A stretch of DNA of 64,000 bases from Paramoeba atlantica (taxonomy: Eukaryota > Protista > Discosea): contig CDRNVI010000043.1 in the NCBI GenBank assembly GCA_977017575.1, positions 124,001 to 188,000 of the forward strand. Reading direction: 5' to 3'. Every line of letters begins with the position of its first letter. The stretch's first letter is position 1. The notes under the pieces were generated by a model. The model saw nothing but the letters and a program-made list of their open reading frames with translations. It was not told the DNA's origin and made no database searches. The position numbers were made by a program, and so were the translations under genes. Positions 1-12,925 of this stretch are shown in pieces.

Positions 1-13
1 ATTCTCTGGATCG

Positions 14-1673
14 TTGCCGAGCCAAGAAAGTGTAAGAATCTATAAAATTCTCTGGCATCGTGCTCCGCCTCCCATTGATGGCATTGAACCGAAGAACAGT
101 GAACTCGAAATGTTGCATCATCCAATGGGGGAAATAAACACATTTTGGTCGGATGAAGATACTGATTTTCAACCCATACCCACAGCGCGCACTCTCACCC
201 CTGAAATAATACCGTGCGTGACGGCAACATACCGCAACATAGTACGCGATTACGGAGACAGCAACTACGATCAGCGCAATCAGATATGGCATAGAATCCT
301 GTCAGCTATGAAACTCTCACTAGCGAACGTACGACAAATGAGTGAGCGACAAAGACGACGGAGACCATTGCCGGAAACGAATGAAACGAGTTCAGAAAAT
401 ACGAACACGACTGACGACACACGCGCCATCAAGCGAGCGACGAAACTGGTCCTTGAAGGCTGCGTGTCAAAGGCTGCGAAAGTACTGGACAGAAAGTTCA
501 AACCAAACACCTTGACCAATCAAGAAACGTTAGGAAAACTAGAGCTCCTTCATCCACAGAAAGCCTGCACTTTTACAGTCCCCAATGACGCTCCCATTAT
601 TGTGGGAATATCCACTAATGAACTTCGAGAAGCAGGCAGAAGACTAGCGAAAGGCGTTAGCCCCGGTCCGACGGGAACAACAGATGGTATAATTCGAATC
701 CTATTGGACGATGAAGTGTGTTGTCTAAACTTGTGTCATATGATCGCGGACTTGATAAACGGATTTGTCTCTAAAGAAGTCCGAACACGAATTAATCGCG
801 CTCGTCTAGTGGCAATTCCGAAACCGGATGGAGGCGTCAGGCCAGTCGCGATGGGTGAAGTTCTTGGAAAGCTAGCTGGGATTACATTACTGCAACGCTA
901 CGAAGCCACCTTAGGATGTCTATTCGAGCCAATGCAGTAAGGCATATTATCCAAAGCTGGCTGCGAAAAAATCGTTCACAAGCTACATGAAAAATACACA
1001 AGTGGACATTGCATCTTAACGGTCGATATAAAGAACGCATTCAATTCACCCAGTCGAGATGACATAGCGAAACACGTATTCGGAATGAGCACCCTCCGCC
1101 CCTTTCAGCGTTTCTTTGCTATGGAATATTCTGAGGCATCTGAAATGCTGTACTACGGACATGGAGGCAAATTGGAAGGTATCGTTTCTAGCACTGCCGG
1201 GGTACGCCAAGGTTCACCATTGGCTACTCTATATTTCTGCGCATTCTTGCAGCCGATATTGGAAACGCTGTCAATGGAGTTCCCGACCATTGAAATCTCT
1301 GCGTTCATCGATGACATAACGCTCGTATCAACGGATCCAGACCAATTAGAAAAAGCCTTTATACGACTGCAAGCTTTAATGTCGGAACGTCAATTGAACT
1401 TCTCACTGCAAAAGTGCGTGTGGTTTGGAGGACAAACACGACATGCGATACCCGCCAAACTAGCATCGCTCGGTCTTGCAGAGGAGACAACTGTTACGAA
1501 GATCCTAGGTGCTTATGTTGGAGAAGATGAAACCATTAGTGAACAATTACTCAAAAAGTTGCAAAAACACGATGACATCTTCCGACGGCTTAAGAAAATG
1601 GGCCTCAGCAACGTCTCACTTAATATACTGACGCGTTGTGTTAATGTACGACAGCAGTATCTGATGAGAGTTC
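14..1673 (+). mobile_element. CRE/SLACS-clade non-LTR retrotransposon, RT region; one nonsense codon (938-940); 3' side cut by a YR element
   Basis: ORFs 14-940 and 1085- share one frame split only by TAA. RT motifs SPGPTG, RPVAMGE, VDIKNAFNS, GVRQGSPL, FIDD, ILGAY. Collinear with the copy at 19547-22020. Homology stops after YLMRV at 1673. Confidence 0.85.
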
Positions 1674-2740
1674 TAAAAGTTTACGAAAAGAATTGTACAA
1701 TGGAAATTTTGATTTCTGAGAATTATATTTACGTTAGTTGGCCGACGGGCATTGTACGTTTGTTATTCATAAACTAGTTTATATAGTGACACAAAGCATT
1801 ATACAGTGAACTGGTAATAGAGCGCGTTTTTATCCTTTGAAACTTTTTTATGCCTCCGTCGCCGCGTAGCTCCATAGAGGCACGGAGAAGCGTGTCCCGT
1901 GAACCTTCAGTGGTACCAGACAACCCCATGAGTAGAGAAGAGTTGGCCGTGGTGAAGACGAGAGTTTGTGAGCAACTGCTTCTTTCCCGCGATCAGAATC
2001 CTTCGTTGCACATTAAGGCGGCATGGAATCGGAAGAACGCGGCGACTTCGGCGAAACAAATATCCCACGGGAAAGTACGTCGAGTCGGGATGGAAATGTG
2101 GGCGGTACGGGAAGAGGAGCCAGACCGAGAGTATCCATTTCCCCACAAAGAGTTAAATTACTATCCCATTGATCTAGAAGACGGACTGGGACACTCGAGC
2201 GAAGGACAAGAGTGTGCGTTGGAAGGCGGACGGCCCCTGCCTATTAACGTGCAGCCCTTTGGATCTGTAGCGACCTACAAGATTGATCCGTATGAACCTG
2301 TGACTTGGCCGGGGCATATAGATCAACGCAACGACGACGGCTTTCGAATTAAGGACCTTTTTCGAGAATTAAAGGAAGCCCCCGAGTATGGTTACAGATT
2401 GAATCAATATTATCAGGACAAATCATTTCAGATGCAACAGGAGCGGAATTTCGATCAGTTGCTGGGAAAGTGGATATTGTTGGCACGCCAAACTCCGGGC
2501 TGGAATGAAGGTCCGTTTTTGGAGTTGGGGAAAGCGATAATCCAAAGTCTACGTGATGCTTACTGGCGTGCTTGCAAGGTAGACGTGGAGGCGGTTCACC
2601 GAAAAATGGACAAAGATGATCGGGCGCACGACAAATTCTATCAGCATGTAACAGATCAGTTGAGTGAGCGTGAAAAGCAACGTAGTCGGTACACTTCTTT
2701 CTCTGCGCTACGACGAACAGGGACATATTTCGGAGGAGGA

Positions 2741-5540
2741 GAAAGACCAATTTTACGCCGATTTGGAAGAGGCACTTAAATGCAGACCCAAAGATGAAAT
2801 ACCACACATCTTTGGAGATTTCAACGCAATTATCAAAAGTGCACCAGATCTCTTACCAATAGTTGGAGAAAATGCCATTGGCACTAGGACCACGGACAAC
2901 GGATATAGGTTAATCGAATTCTGCAGAGCCCACAAATTCGTGCTGTCAAACACCTTGGTTGCGAACACGGGGTTGTGCGGAAAGAGCGAAAACTTGTGGA
3001 CATGGATGCACCCCAACGGCGACATAAGAAATCAAATCGACTACATACTTTTACAGAGACACGTTACGAATGAGAATACACGAGTTCTTTCAAGACTGCC
3101 ATACGAAAGCGATCACCGTATTGTATGCACAACGCTAAGTTACCGCCCAATACGTGAATCGAGCCATGTAAAAAGAAAGATAGCCATTGACGCACTAAGA
3201 TACAATTCCCCACAGCAAAACGAGTATAAGAGTTTAATGGACACAGCACTAAAGAATCACGCACCGTGTGAAAATGTCAAAGCAGAGTGGAACAACCTGA
3301 AAGCCGCTATGCTTCTCTCCGCCCAGAGGGCGTGCAGAAACCCAAAAGCAAAAACGAAATATCATTGGGTGGATGAAAAGCTATTAGATGCCATATCAGA
3401 TAAACAGGAAGCATTGATGTTCTGCCGAAAACAAGACCTAAATCCCGAAGAAAAGGAAGAAGCGATAAAAAAGTACGAGACAAAGCGCAAAATAGTATCA
3501 CGAGCTTTCAGGTCAGCCAGAAATTCCTATTATGCGTCAAAAGCAGATGTGATCCAATCAGCAGCTAGGAACGGAAACTACTATAAACTATTTCAAGCGG
3601 CCAAGGAGCTTACAGAAAGAACAAAAATACCCACGAAAGACAATCCCGCTATCCTGTCGAAAAATGGACCAATTTCATACCCAAAAGGAAAAGCAAATGC
3701 TTTTGGAGACTATTTCTGTGAGACATTCAACCCCAAGCGCCCATTATTCAACCTGGAAGCCATTCAGGAGGATATACAAATGATAAAGTACCCCCCAATT
3801 AGTGATGAAATACGACATCTGGAAATAGTGCAGAATGACTTACCTCCCACTGAGGAGGAAGTAGCAATTGCAATTTCTGTTTTAAAAAACAGAAAGGCAC
3901 CAGGAGAGGATGGCATCACACCTGAACTTTTTAAATACGGCGGAAAAGCAACAACCGATTGGATGACAAGAGTTCTGAGACTATGCTGGCAAGGCGGTAT
4001 AATCCCAGAGGAATGGGCCCATGCCAGAGTAATACCAATTTACAAAGGAGCCAAGAAAGGAAGCGCATCCAATCCTCAATCTTACCGCCCTATCTCCATT
4101 ATGAATACAGGATCCAAAATAATGTCCCTTGTCCTCACAAGTCGAATCACACCGCGCATTGATAGGAGATTGCATGAATCTCAAAACGGCTTTAGACGAA
4201 ACAGAGGGACTGATGATGCCGTCTTCACGCTGCGGAGAATCACTGAAAAGGTACGCAACACCAATACTCCCTTGTATCTAGTATACTTGGATCTACAAAA
4301 AGCGTACGACACAATTCCGCGAAAGGCTGTATGGGCCGTACTACAGAACATGGGCGTCGAAGGTCCACTACTACACGCTATACGAGCAACATACCACGAA
4401 ACAAAGGCATCGGTAATAGTGGGCAGCGAGACATCCAGCACAACATTCGAAGTAGAAGACGGCATCAAACAAGGGTGTCCCATGAGTTGTCCCCTCTTCA
4501 ACGCAACTCTTGACGCAATTCTCAGGAGATCCATGCAAATTAAAAACACAGGGATTAACATACAATGGCGAATCCCAAATGGCCGAAGTAATCGAGGAGA
4601 AATCGTAGCTGGAACTGATGTAGTCGGAATTCTCGCCTACGCGGATGATGTCGCGCTGTGGTCAGATGATAAATCTGACTTGCAGACGGCAACAAGTACG
4701 TTGTCTGAAATCATGGACAGATGGGGTATTAAAATTAATACTAATAAATCTAAAACGCAAGTTATCCAACCGATAGAATCGAACTCATACTACGCATCCG
4801 ACATCACAATTCGAAAAGAAAAACTAGAACAAGTCCGGAACTTTATCTACCTTGGGTCAGTTATAGACGAAGACACAACACTCGACAAAGACATAAAGAA
4901 TAGGATCAAGGGTGCCTACAGCAATTTAAAGCAATTCCTACATTTGTGGAAGAACCGATCCATTTCGAAGAAAACCAAGCGAACTATTTTTGAAGCATGC
5001 GTCGTATCCCGACTACTATTTGGATGCATTTCTTGGGCACTGACGGTACAACTACTCAAGAAGCTTAACAAAACTTACATCAGATTAGTGAAGGTAGCAA
5101 TGGGGATACCGTGGGTGATAAATACACCTCAACGATGCCGAAACCATAAGCAGGAAATAACGTCACAGAAGACAAGGTACATCTCCCAGAAAGAAAGCCT
5201 AAGATTATCCGGTATGGGGCCACTCCAGGCAAAAATTGATATCAGACTACTCCATTTTGTGGGCCACATCGCCAGAATGGGATCTGAAAGAGTACCAAAT
5301 AAAATCCTCTTCGGTAAATACAAAGCCAAAACATTGGCAAGGTACATTTCTAGGAAAACAACCCATACATATCAGAGAAACATAGAGTCAGCGCTCTCAA
5401 GAGCAGATATGGGACCTATCATACATTGGAAAACAAAAGCACAAAATAAGAAATGCTGGTATAAGGCAATTAAATTGTACGAGTCAGAAACTAATCTTAA
5501 AAGAAGACGCAAAACTCCATTCGCGATACGGAAAAAATAG
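2741..5540 (+). CDS. LINE APE endonuclease (partial) + reverse transcriptase
   Basis: APE motifs GDFNA, TWMHP, QIDYIL, SDHR. RT motifs KAPGEDG, YRPIS, QNGFR, LDLQKAYD, GIKQGCP, YADD, YLG. Confidence 0.92.
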
Positions 5541-6020
5541 TGTTTGTTCGCTCCCTATTTTTAGCTTTCCAGGGCTAGGGTCATAATTCGGAGAGACACG
5601 AGCTCGTTGAAGCCGAGGTTTAGCCCTTTGAAGCTGAGGAGCCAAGTCCGCTCAAAGGTATAACACCCTAGAAGACTTGGTCCGTTGAAGCTGAGGAGCC
5701 AAAAACCGTTGAAGCTCAGACTTGATACTCCCGAATATGGCACTAGTTTCTCCTTCGGGAGACGTGGGGCATTCGGAATGAATCAGGGCTAACACCCAGT
5801 TCGCCGAATAGCGAGGGCTTAGCTCTCCACGTGCCCGGGGAAGGAAGTCCTAGGACCTGCGGAGGCAGCAAATCGCTCACCGATTTGCATACCCTATTCG
5901 AAACTCGCAAGAGTTTCGATGATCCAGCGACCAGGCTCCCTCCCCCAAGTTCCCCTGCTTTCTCAGGGGAGGCGACATCCTTGTACTAGGGTAACCGCCT
6001 GTAATCACTATCACTATCAC
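2741..6020 (+). mobile_element. 5'-truncated APE-RT LINE (RTE/Ingi-like) with 15-bp TSD and (ATCACT)n tail
   Basis: TATTTCGGAGGAGGA at 2726-2740 and 6021-6035. The 3' end is about three ATCACT units, not poly(A). Confidence 0.9.
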
Positions 6021-6157
6021 TATTTCGGAGGAGGATCAACAGGTCAATATTCACAATCGTTTCGCCCCTCGTACGGAACTTATCGCGCGCAATGTTACAA
6101 TTGCAGATCACCAGACCATTTGATTAAAGATTGCCCATACAAACGCACATCACCGCC

Positions 6158-7960
6158 GGATTTTCGTCAGCGGACGGCTGGCAACGCCCCCCAGGGCGGA
6201 AAGTCGTTATGAAACGCCCGTCCATTAATCGCCAGTGTTCCTCGAGTCACATACACGCGTATAGATCCAGGAACGAACATCTCGCATATAATACCCGCCA
6301 AACGCGGCAGAAGCAAAGCAGTCAAATACAAGAGGATACATCCAGGGGATCAAAGGGAGAGTGTAGCGAAGAGAACGCGAGTGATACAAGGGGGTGTAAA
6401 AAATGTGAAAGACTCGAATGGAAGATCAATTGCTTGTGGAAATTTGTACCAGGGAACATTGAGCCTGGAATGCAGGAGTGTGGCTCGGAAAAATCTTTTG
6501 AGTCTGTTGATGGGGGTAAGCAGGATTACTCCCGAGGTACGCGTGGCATTGGACGCGATGTCCGGAATGTGGAGCTCGTCGACGTGGGAGACACGAGCAA
6601 GGTTGTGGGAAAGGTTCCTGGTATATTGCACCGGGAATCATATAAGACAGACACCCCTTCACGCAGTGACGTTCGTGCAACTTCTGCCAGTGTCAATACA
6701 AACCAAGGTGTCCTACGGAAGGGCGCTAATGACCTTATTCAACCTGATCGGATTAAATACTGTCCCAATAAAATTCTTTTGCAAAGCTCTTCAGGCACAA
6801 GGAGCAGAGGAGCCAGTACATCAGATGCAGCCGTTGACACCATTCCTACTGAACAAGATACGAAGAAGGTGCACCCAATCCGAAAGTCAAACATTGCTGA
6901 TGTGCTGGAAGGCAGCATCCCGTTGGTCCGAAACCGCCAATTTGACCAAGGACAAATTCGTGGAAATATCACCGCAAAAGGTTGTAATTGCTTGGGGAAG
7001 GGGGACAAAGGCTACAAGGTGCAACCCGTGGCGCGAATCGATGTACACAGTCATCCAGGGCCAGGGCACAATCGAATTGGCTCAATACGTACGTACGCTC
7101 AGGTCATGGGATCGAATGTGCCGGACAAATGTGAGAGAGATGGACAGGAATATAAAGAGGGTTCTGGGAGAGGGTTTCGGCACACATTCCGCCAAGAGAG
7201 GAGCGGTAACGCAATTATTCCAGGAAGTTGTCAAGGGGACAGTGGGAATCGAAGATGTGAAAAAATTAGCGAAGCACAAGCAGATCGAGCCCCTGTTGCG
7301 TTACAATTCAAACCCAGTTACCACCGCGCTAGCTCTAGGAACGGGGAAGGCGACAGCCAAACTGAGGACGCTTTAGCAATGAAGGAGTTATTTCGAGAAT
7401 ATTTGCGGGACATGCCGCAGGAAAAGCATCGATACACGATTGTACGTACCAGACGTACGACAAAATTGGCCACGGAGGAAGATTTAAAGCTACCACTGCA
7501 CGTAAAGAAAATTCCCAAAATGGATGTCAATGAAATTGAGAACATGATGAATGGAAGTACAAGAAACCGGTTTAGAGAAACGTTGAATACTTTGTTGGAT
7601 CGGAGGAAGAAACCCGATAGTGAGCCAAAGGTAAATCCACGATTGAACATGGAAGATATTAGTCATTTGCTAGACGCACGTATTGTTTCGCGTGTTTCCC
7701 CTGAGGAGGAGAACAAAAGACCATCCAATCAATGGGTGATACCGTTCACAGTAGTTGAGCCTGCGGACGATAAAGGGGAAACGGAGAGGCGGCGCTTCAT
7801 AGCCTGGACGAAGGAGAATAATGAGCGAATTAAGAACGAGTACATGCCGCACGTCCCGTTAAAACACGCGGCTTATTATCTCCATCGAGCGCAGGAAGCT
7901 TTTGGTGTGAAGCGTGACCTGACATGTGGATTTTATCAAGTACCGATTCCGGTAGCAAGT
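6158..7960 (+). CDS. RT frame of YR element 1 (-1 relative to gag, overprinting YR); RT proper from ATG 7379, truncated
   Basis: ORF track 6131-8236 is stop-free. RT-like PFTVVE...RRFIAW...KRDLTCGFYQVP matches the copy at 24282 onward. Confidence 0.75.
6213..7376 (+). CDS. Tyrosine recombinase of YR element 1 (gag frame, open from the gag TGA)
   Basis: R (AASRW), K (GTKAT), HxxR (THSAKR), H...Y (KHKQIEPLLRY). I read no stop from 6213 to 7373. Confidence 0.85.
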   Translation, partial: NARPLIASVPRVTYTRIDPGTNISHIIPAKRGRSKAVKYKRIHPGDQRESVAKRTRVIQGGVKNVKDSNGRSIACGNLYQGTLSLECRSVARKNLLSLLMGVSRITPEVRVALDAMSGMWSSSTWETRARLWERFLVYCTGNHIRQTPLHAVTFVQLLPVSIQTKVSYGRALMTLFNLIGLNTVPIKFFCKALQAQGAEEPVHQMQPLTPFLLNKIRRRCTQSESQTLLMCWKAASRWSETANLTKDKFVEISPQKVVIAWGRGTKATRCNPWRESMYTVIQGQGTIELAQYVRTLRSWDRMCRTNVREMDRNIKRVLGEGFGTHSAKRGAVTQLFQEVVKGTVGIEDVKKLAKHKQIEPLLRYNSNPVTTALALGTGKATAKLRTL

Positions 7961-8270
7961 AGAACAGGAGAAGCCACAGAACGAAAACATGGACATTATG
8001 TCGCAAGCGGACTAATTTCATCAGGAGCATTTCAGTGCCTACCAGTTTTATCCAGCGGAGGACTGAGCACAACAACAAGAAATCTCCTCTACGCTTTGGC
8101 CGACGCAACAGTTCAAAATAGAAAAACCGTAGAGGCCGACTTTAAACTTCTATTACAGGACCTCAACGGAGCTGCTGTATACTCGCAACTCCGCAAATAC
8201 TTAGCGTCGAATGGAACAGAAAATTATGGTTTTTGAGTCAAACAGATTAATACTTTAGTAAAATCATATT
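7961..8270 (+). mobile_element. 3' fragment of a CRE-like element
   Basis: RKHGHYVASG...CLPVLSSGG...QDLNG...ENYGF* matches the C-termini at 12814, 14023 and 27054. Confidence 0.8.
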
Positions 8271-8271
8271 C

Positions 8272-11200
8272 TTTTTTAGGCTCTTCGTTAAACGCGGTGG
8301 TTGTTTTCAACTTAGAAGTCACTCATGCTACGCTCTCCGAGTTGAAAACCACCACCGCGTTTAATGAAGAGCCTAAAAAAGAAAATTTAGCCTGGAAAAC
8401 GGAAAGATTACAACCAAAAATAGCCGAATTTCGGGTACAAATGGGGTCATTTTCGCATATTTTTGCTCTCAGAGCACTAAATCCGACATTTGCGCGTGGG
8501 AAATCACTCGCAGGCATGAATGAAAGCCTACCGAACGTATTGGGTAGAGAATGCGACTCCAACCATACCATTCTTTCGACACAAAAATGCCCCTTTAGGT
8601 CCGAAAAATACTTTTTCACCTTTTTTAGTCAAAAATGGGTCATTTTGAGGGGCGCACCACAGTTCGAAGAAGTGATACCTTGCGAAAACAACTGCGGAGA
8701 AAGGTAGTGTAGGTCCCAAACTATCAAAATACAATAGGGGAAACGATTTTGGAAAAATATTTTTTTTGTCATTTTTTTCGCCAAGTTGAAATTCTTTTCA
8801 AAAATTTTTTTCCGAAAAAATCCGAACTTGGCGGACCCGTCCTGCGGATACGCGGGGGGGTCACCCCCGGGTAGGGGGGTGGAAAATGCGCGCCAAGACC
8901 CCGGCTACCCTTTCTGCGGTTTTTTTTCGAAAACTAATTTTTTCGAAAAAATTTGATCGACCATGCCCCCCCCCCCCTGGACCCCCCCCCTGGACCCCCC
9001 CCCTGGACCCCCCCCCTGGACCCCCCCCCTGGACCCCCCCCCTGGACCCCCCCCATGGACCCCCCATTTTTTTCAAAAATTTTTTTCAGTTTTGGACCAC
9101 CGGAGCCCCCTTTTATATTTTTTTCTTCTATTATATTACTGTGTTCCTCTTTATATTTTCACTGTTTTTGTTCACTTTTTTTTCAATAATCGAGTGTAGA
9201 GCGGTAGTTTTACAACCACCGCAATAATCGAGTGTAGAGCGGTAGTTTTACAACCACCGCAATAATTTTCTTTTTTAGGCTCTTCGTTAAACGCGGTGGT
9301 TGCTTTCAACTTAGAAGTCACTCATGCTGCGCGCTTCGCGTTGAAAACTACCGCCGCGTTTAACGAAGAGCCTAAAAAAGAAAATTTAGCCTGGAAAACG
9401 GAAAGATTATAGCCAAAAATAGCCGAATTTCGGGTACAAATGGGGTCATTTTCGCATATTTTTGCTCTCAGAGCACTAAATCCGACATTTGCGCGTGGGA
9501 AATCACTCGCAGGCATGAATGAAAGCCTACCGAACGTATTGGGTAGAGAATACGACTCCAACCATACCATTCTTTCGACACAAAAATGCCCCTTTAGGTC
9601 CGAAAAATACTTTTTCACCTTTTTTAGTCAAAAGTGGGTCATTTTGAGGGGCGCACCACAGTTCGAAGAAGTGATACCTTGCGAAAACAACTGCGTAGAA
9701 AGCTAGTGTAGGTCCCAAACTATCAAAATACAATAGGGGAAACGATTTTGGAAAAATATTTTTTTTGTCATTTTTTTCGCCAAGTTGAAATTCTTTTCAA
9801 AAATTTTTTTCCGAAAAAATCCGAACTTGGCGGACCCGTCCTGCGGATACGCGGGGGGGTCACCCCCGGGTAGGGGGGTGGAAAATGCGCGCCAAGACCC
9901 CGGCTACCCTTTCTGCGGTTTTTTTTCGAAAACTAATTTTTTCGAAAAAATTTGATCGACCATGCCCCCCCCCCCTGGACCCCCCCCCTGGACCCCCCCC
10001 CTGGACCCCCCCCCTGGACCCCCCCCCTGGACCCCCCCCCTGGACCCCCCCCATGGACCCCCCATTTTTTTCAAAAATTTTTTTCAGTTTTGGACCACCG
10101 GAGCCCCCTTTTATATTTTTTTCTTCTATTATATTACTGTGTTCCTCTTTATATTTTCACTGTTTTTGTTCACTTTTTTTTCAATAATCGAGTGTAGAGC
10201 GGTAGTTTTACAACCACCGCAATAATTTTCTTTTTTAGGCTCTTCGTTAAACGCGGTGGTTGCTTTCAACTTAGAAGTCACTCATGCTGCGCACTTCGCG
10301 TTGAAAACTACCGCCGCGTTTAACGAAGAGCCTAAAAAAGAAAATTTAGCCTGGAAAACGGAAAGATTATAGCCAAAAATAGCCGAATTTCGGGTACAAA
10401 TGGGGTCATTTTCGCATATTTTTGCTCTCAGAGCACTAAATCCGACATTTGAGCGTGGGAAATCACTCGCAGGCATGAATGAAAGCCTACCGAACGTATT
10501 GGGTAGAGAATGCAACTCCAACCATACCATTCTTTCGACACAAAAATGCCCCTTTAGGTCCGAAAAATACTTTTTCACCTTTTTTAGTCAAAAGTGGGTC
10601 ATTTTGAGGGGCGCACCACAGTTCGAAGAAGTGATACCTTGCGAAAACAACTGCGTAGAAAGCTAGTGTAGGTCCCAAACTATCAAAATACAATAGGGGA
10701 AACGATTTTGGAAAAATATTTTTTTTGTCATTTTTTTCGCCAAGTTGAATTTTTTTTCGAAAAAATTTTTCCGAAAAAATCCGAACTTGGCGGACCCGTC
10801 CTGCGGATACGCGGGGGGGTCACCCCAGGGTAGGGGGGTGGAAAATGCGCGCCAAGACCCCGGCTACCCTTTCTGCGGTTTTTTTTCGAAAACTAATTTT
10901 TTCGAAAAAATTTGATCGACCATGCCCCCCCCCCTGGACCCCCCCCCTGGACCCCCCCCCTGGACCCCCCCCATGGACCCCCCCCATGGACCCCCCATTT
11001 TTTTCAAAAAAAATTTTCAGTTTTGGACCACCGGAGCCCCCTTTTATATTTTTTTCTTCTATTATATTACTGTGTTCCTCTTTATATTTTCACTGTTTTT
11101 GTTCACTTTTTTTTCAATAATCGAGTGTAGAGCGGTAGTTTTACAACCACCGCAATCGAGTGTAGAGCGGTAGTTTTACAACCACCGCAATAATTTTCTT

Positions 11201-12151
11201 TTTTAGGCTCTTCGTTAAACGCGGTGGTTGCTTTCAACTTAGAAGTCACTCATGCTGCGCGCTTCGCGTTGAAAACTACCGCCGCGTTTAACGAAGAGCC
11301 TAAAAAAGAAAATTTAGCCTGGAAAACGGAAAGATTATAGCCAAAAATAGCCGAATTTCGGGTACAAATGGGGTCATTTTCGCATATTTTTGCTCTCAGA
11401 GCACTAAATCCGACATTTGCTCGTGGGAAATCACTAGTAGGCATGAATGGAAGCCTACCGAACGTATTGGGTAGAGAATACGACTCCAACCATACCATTC
11501 TTTCGACACAAAAATGCCCCTTTAGGTCCGAAAAATACTTTTTCACCTTTTTTAGTCAAAAGTGGGTCATTTTGAGGGGCGCACCACAGTTCGAAGAAGT
11601 GATACCTTGCGAAAACAACTGCGTAGAAAGCTAGTGTAGGTCCCAAACTATCAAAATACAATAGGGGAAACGATTTTGGAAAAATATTTTTTTTGTCATT
11701 TTTTTCGCCAAGTTGAAATTTTTTTCAAAAAAAATTTTCCGAAAAAATCCGAACTTGGCGGACCCGTCCTGCGGATACGCGGGGGGGTCACCCCCGGGTA
11801 GGGGGGTGGAAAATGCGCGCTAAGACCCCGGCTACCCTTTCTGCGGTTTTTTTTCGAAAACTAATTTTTTCGAAAAAATTTGATCGACCATGCCCCCCCC
11901 CCCCTGGACCCCCCCCCTGGACCCCCCCCCTGGACCCCCCCCCTGGACCCCCCCCCTGGACCCCCCCCATGGACCCCCCCCATGGACCCCCCATTTTTTT
12001 CAAAAAATTTTTTCAGTTTTGGACCACCGGAGCCCCCTTTTATATTTTTTTCTTCTATTATATTACTGTGTTCCTCTTTATATTTTCACTGTTTTTGTTC
12101 ACTTTTTTTTCAATAATCGAGTGTAGAGCGGTAGTTTTACAACCACCGCAA
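8272..12151 (-). mobile_element. Tandem array of four ~0.95-kb non-autonomous Helitron2-like elements (starts ~8272, 9271, 10231, 11199)
   Basis: Near-identical units. Each has a ~40-bp-arm palindrome at one end and the hairpin GCGGTAGTTTTACAACCACCGC at the other. Related sequence flanks the RepHel gene at 28-40 kb. Strand is given relative to RepHel. Confidence 0.75.
8965..9066. repeat. (C7-8TGGA)n tract, G4-prone on the minus strand; present in each unit with variable copy number
   Basis: Also at ~9965-10065, 10925-10997, 11893-11993 and inverted at ~27273-27372. Confidence 0.9.
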
Positions 12152-12364
12152 TATATTTAATACATAAGCTTACAAAGACGCGTAAGCTTCAACAAAAAAA
12201 ATCAACAAACCAGAAAACTTAAATTATCTATTTATCTATTTATTTGTAAGTCCTGTTCTAGTTATTTTTGGAGGTAGTTTCTCTCACGAGAGAAGGGGGG
12301 AAGGTGATTTTTCGCCCGTGGCTTCCTGTCATAGGATTTCACAGGAGAAATGCCTCCAAGATAC

Positions 12365-12900
12365 GAAAGTTTTGCACCGCACCAAAAGCGCAATCATGAG
12401 CGAAAATGCGGAACAGGAAGGATACAACGCTCAGGACCCGACTTAGTAATATACTGGGCATCTGGCGAGAAATATTGCGATCTGACAATTGCTCATGAGT
12501 TAAGCCCCTCCAATCAAGGCAAGCGCGGCCATCGCTTGATGCAAGATGCGATCAAACGAAAGCAAGTAACGTACGTCAATTCGGTTTTAATACCGGGAAA
12601 CAAATTTGAATGCCTTCCCTTGCTTTCCGGTGGAGCGCTGCATCGCAATACAGAAAATCTTCTCAAGACGCTGGCGGATAGGGGCCAACTTCCGCGTATG
12701 TCCGTGATTTCAGAATTCAAATTGTATCTACAGGAGTTAAACGGGGCAGCTTCCCACTCGCAGCTTCGGCAATACCTTCCTCACAAGAACAGTGGGGAGG
12801 ACTACGGGTTTTAAAGGTTTTTCAAAAGTTCAAGGTCATAGTGGTTGGCAGATTTGGATGGAGAGGTAGTATTTAGAGTTAAACCCCCCCAAAAAAAAAA
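12365..12900 (+). mobile_element. 5'-truncated CRE-like copy with 3' UTR and A-tail
   Basis: Nearly identical to 21674-22020 and continues to EDYGF* at 12814. A-run at ~12891-12900. Confidence 0.85.
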
Positions 12901-12925
12901 CTTTTTCAATTTTTCGTATGTTATC

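Larger units (their letters stand above)
1850..6212 (+). pseudogene. Gag-like ORF of YR element 1, split by the LINE (1850-2740 + 6036-6212)
   Basis: Removing 2741-6035 restores the frame (...TGTYFGGG-STGQYSQSF...CYNCRSPDHLIKDCP). Similar to Gag at 22210-23193. Confidence 0.8.
1674..7960 (+). mobile_element. YR retrotransposon 1 (VIPER/TATE/DIRS-like, gag-YR-RT); interrupted by a LINE and 3'-truncated
   Basis: Gag with CCHC knuckle, YR catalytic set and RT N-terminal half. Same layout and left-end motif as 22021-25892. Confidence 0.85.

Noticed and set aside
6131-8236. 701-aa ORF as a genuine RT-REL fusion protein
   Set aside because: RT is cut before its catalytic loop at ~7960 and joined to a CRE tail; chance in-frame junction.
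8272-12151. ~1-kb tandem unit as a spliced-leader or 5S rRNA array (expected CRE target)
   Set aside because: No SL exon/GT donor or 5S motif found; ends and distribution link it to the RepHel element.
8297-12160. Repeated short ORFs (MKKYFSDLK..., MRAKTPAT..., PPPGPPPWT...) in the array and its copies
   Set aside because: Translations of non-coding repeat and C/G tracts; indels shift frames between copies.
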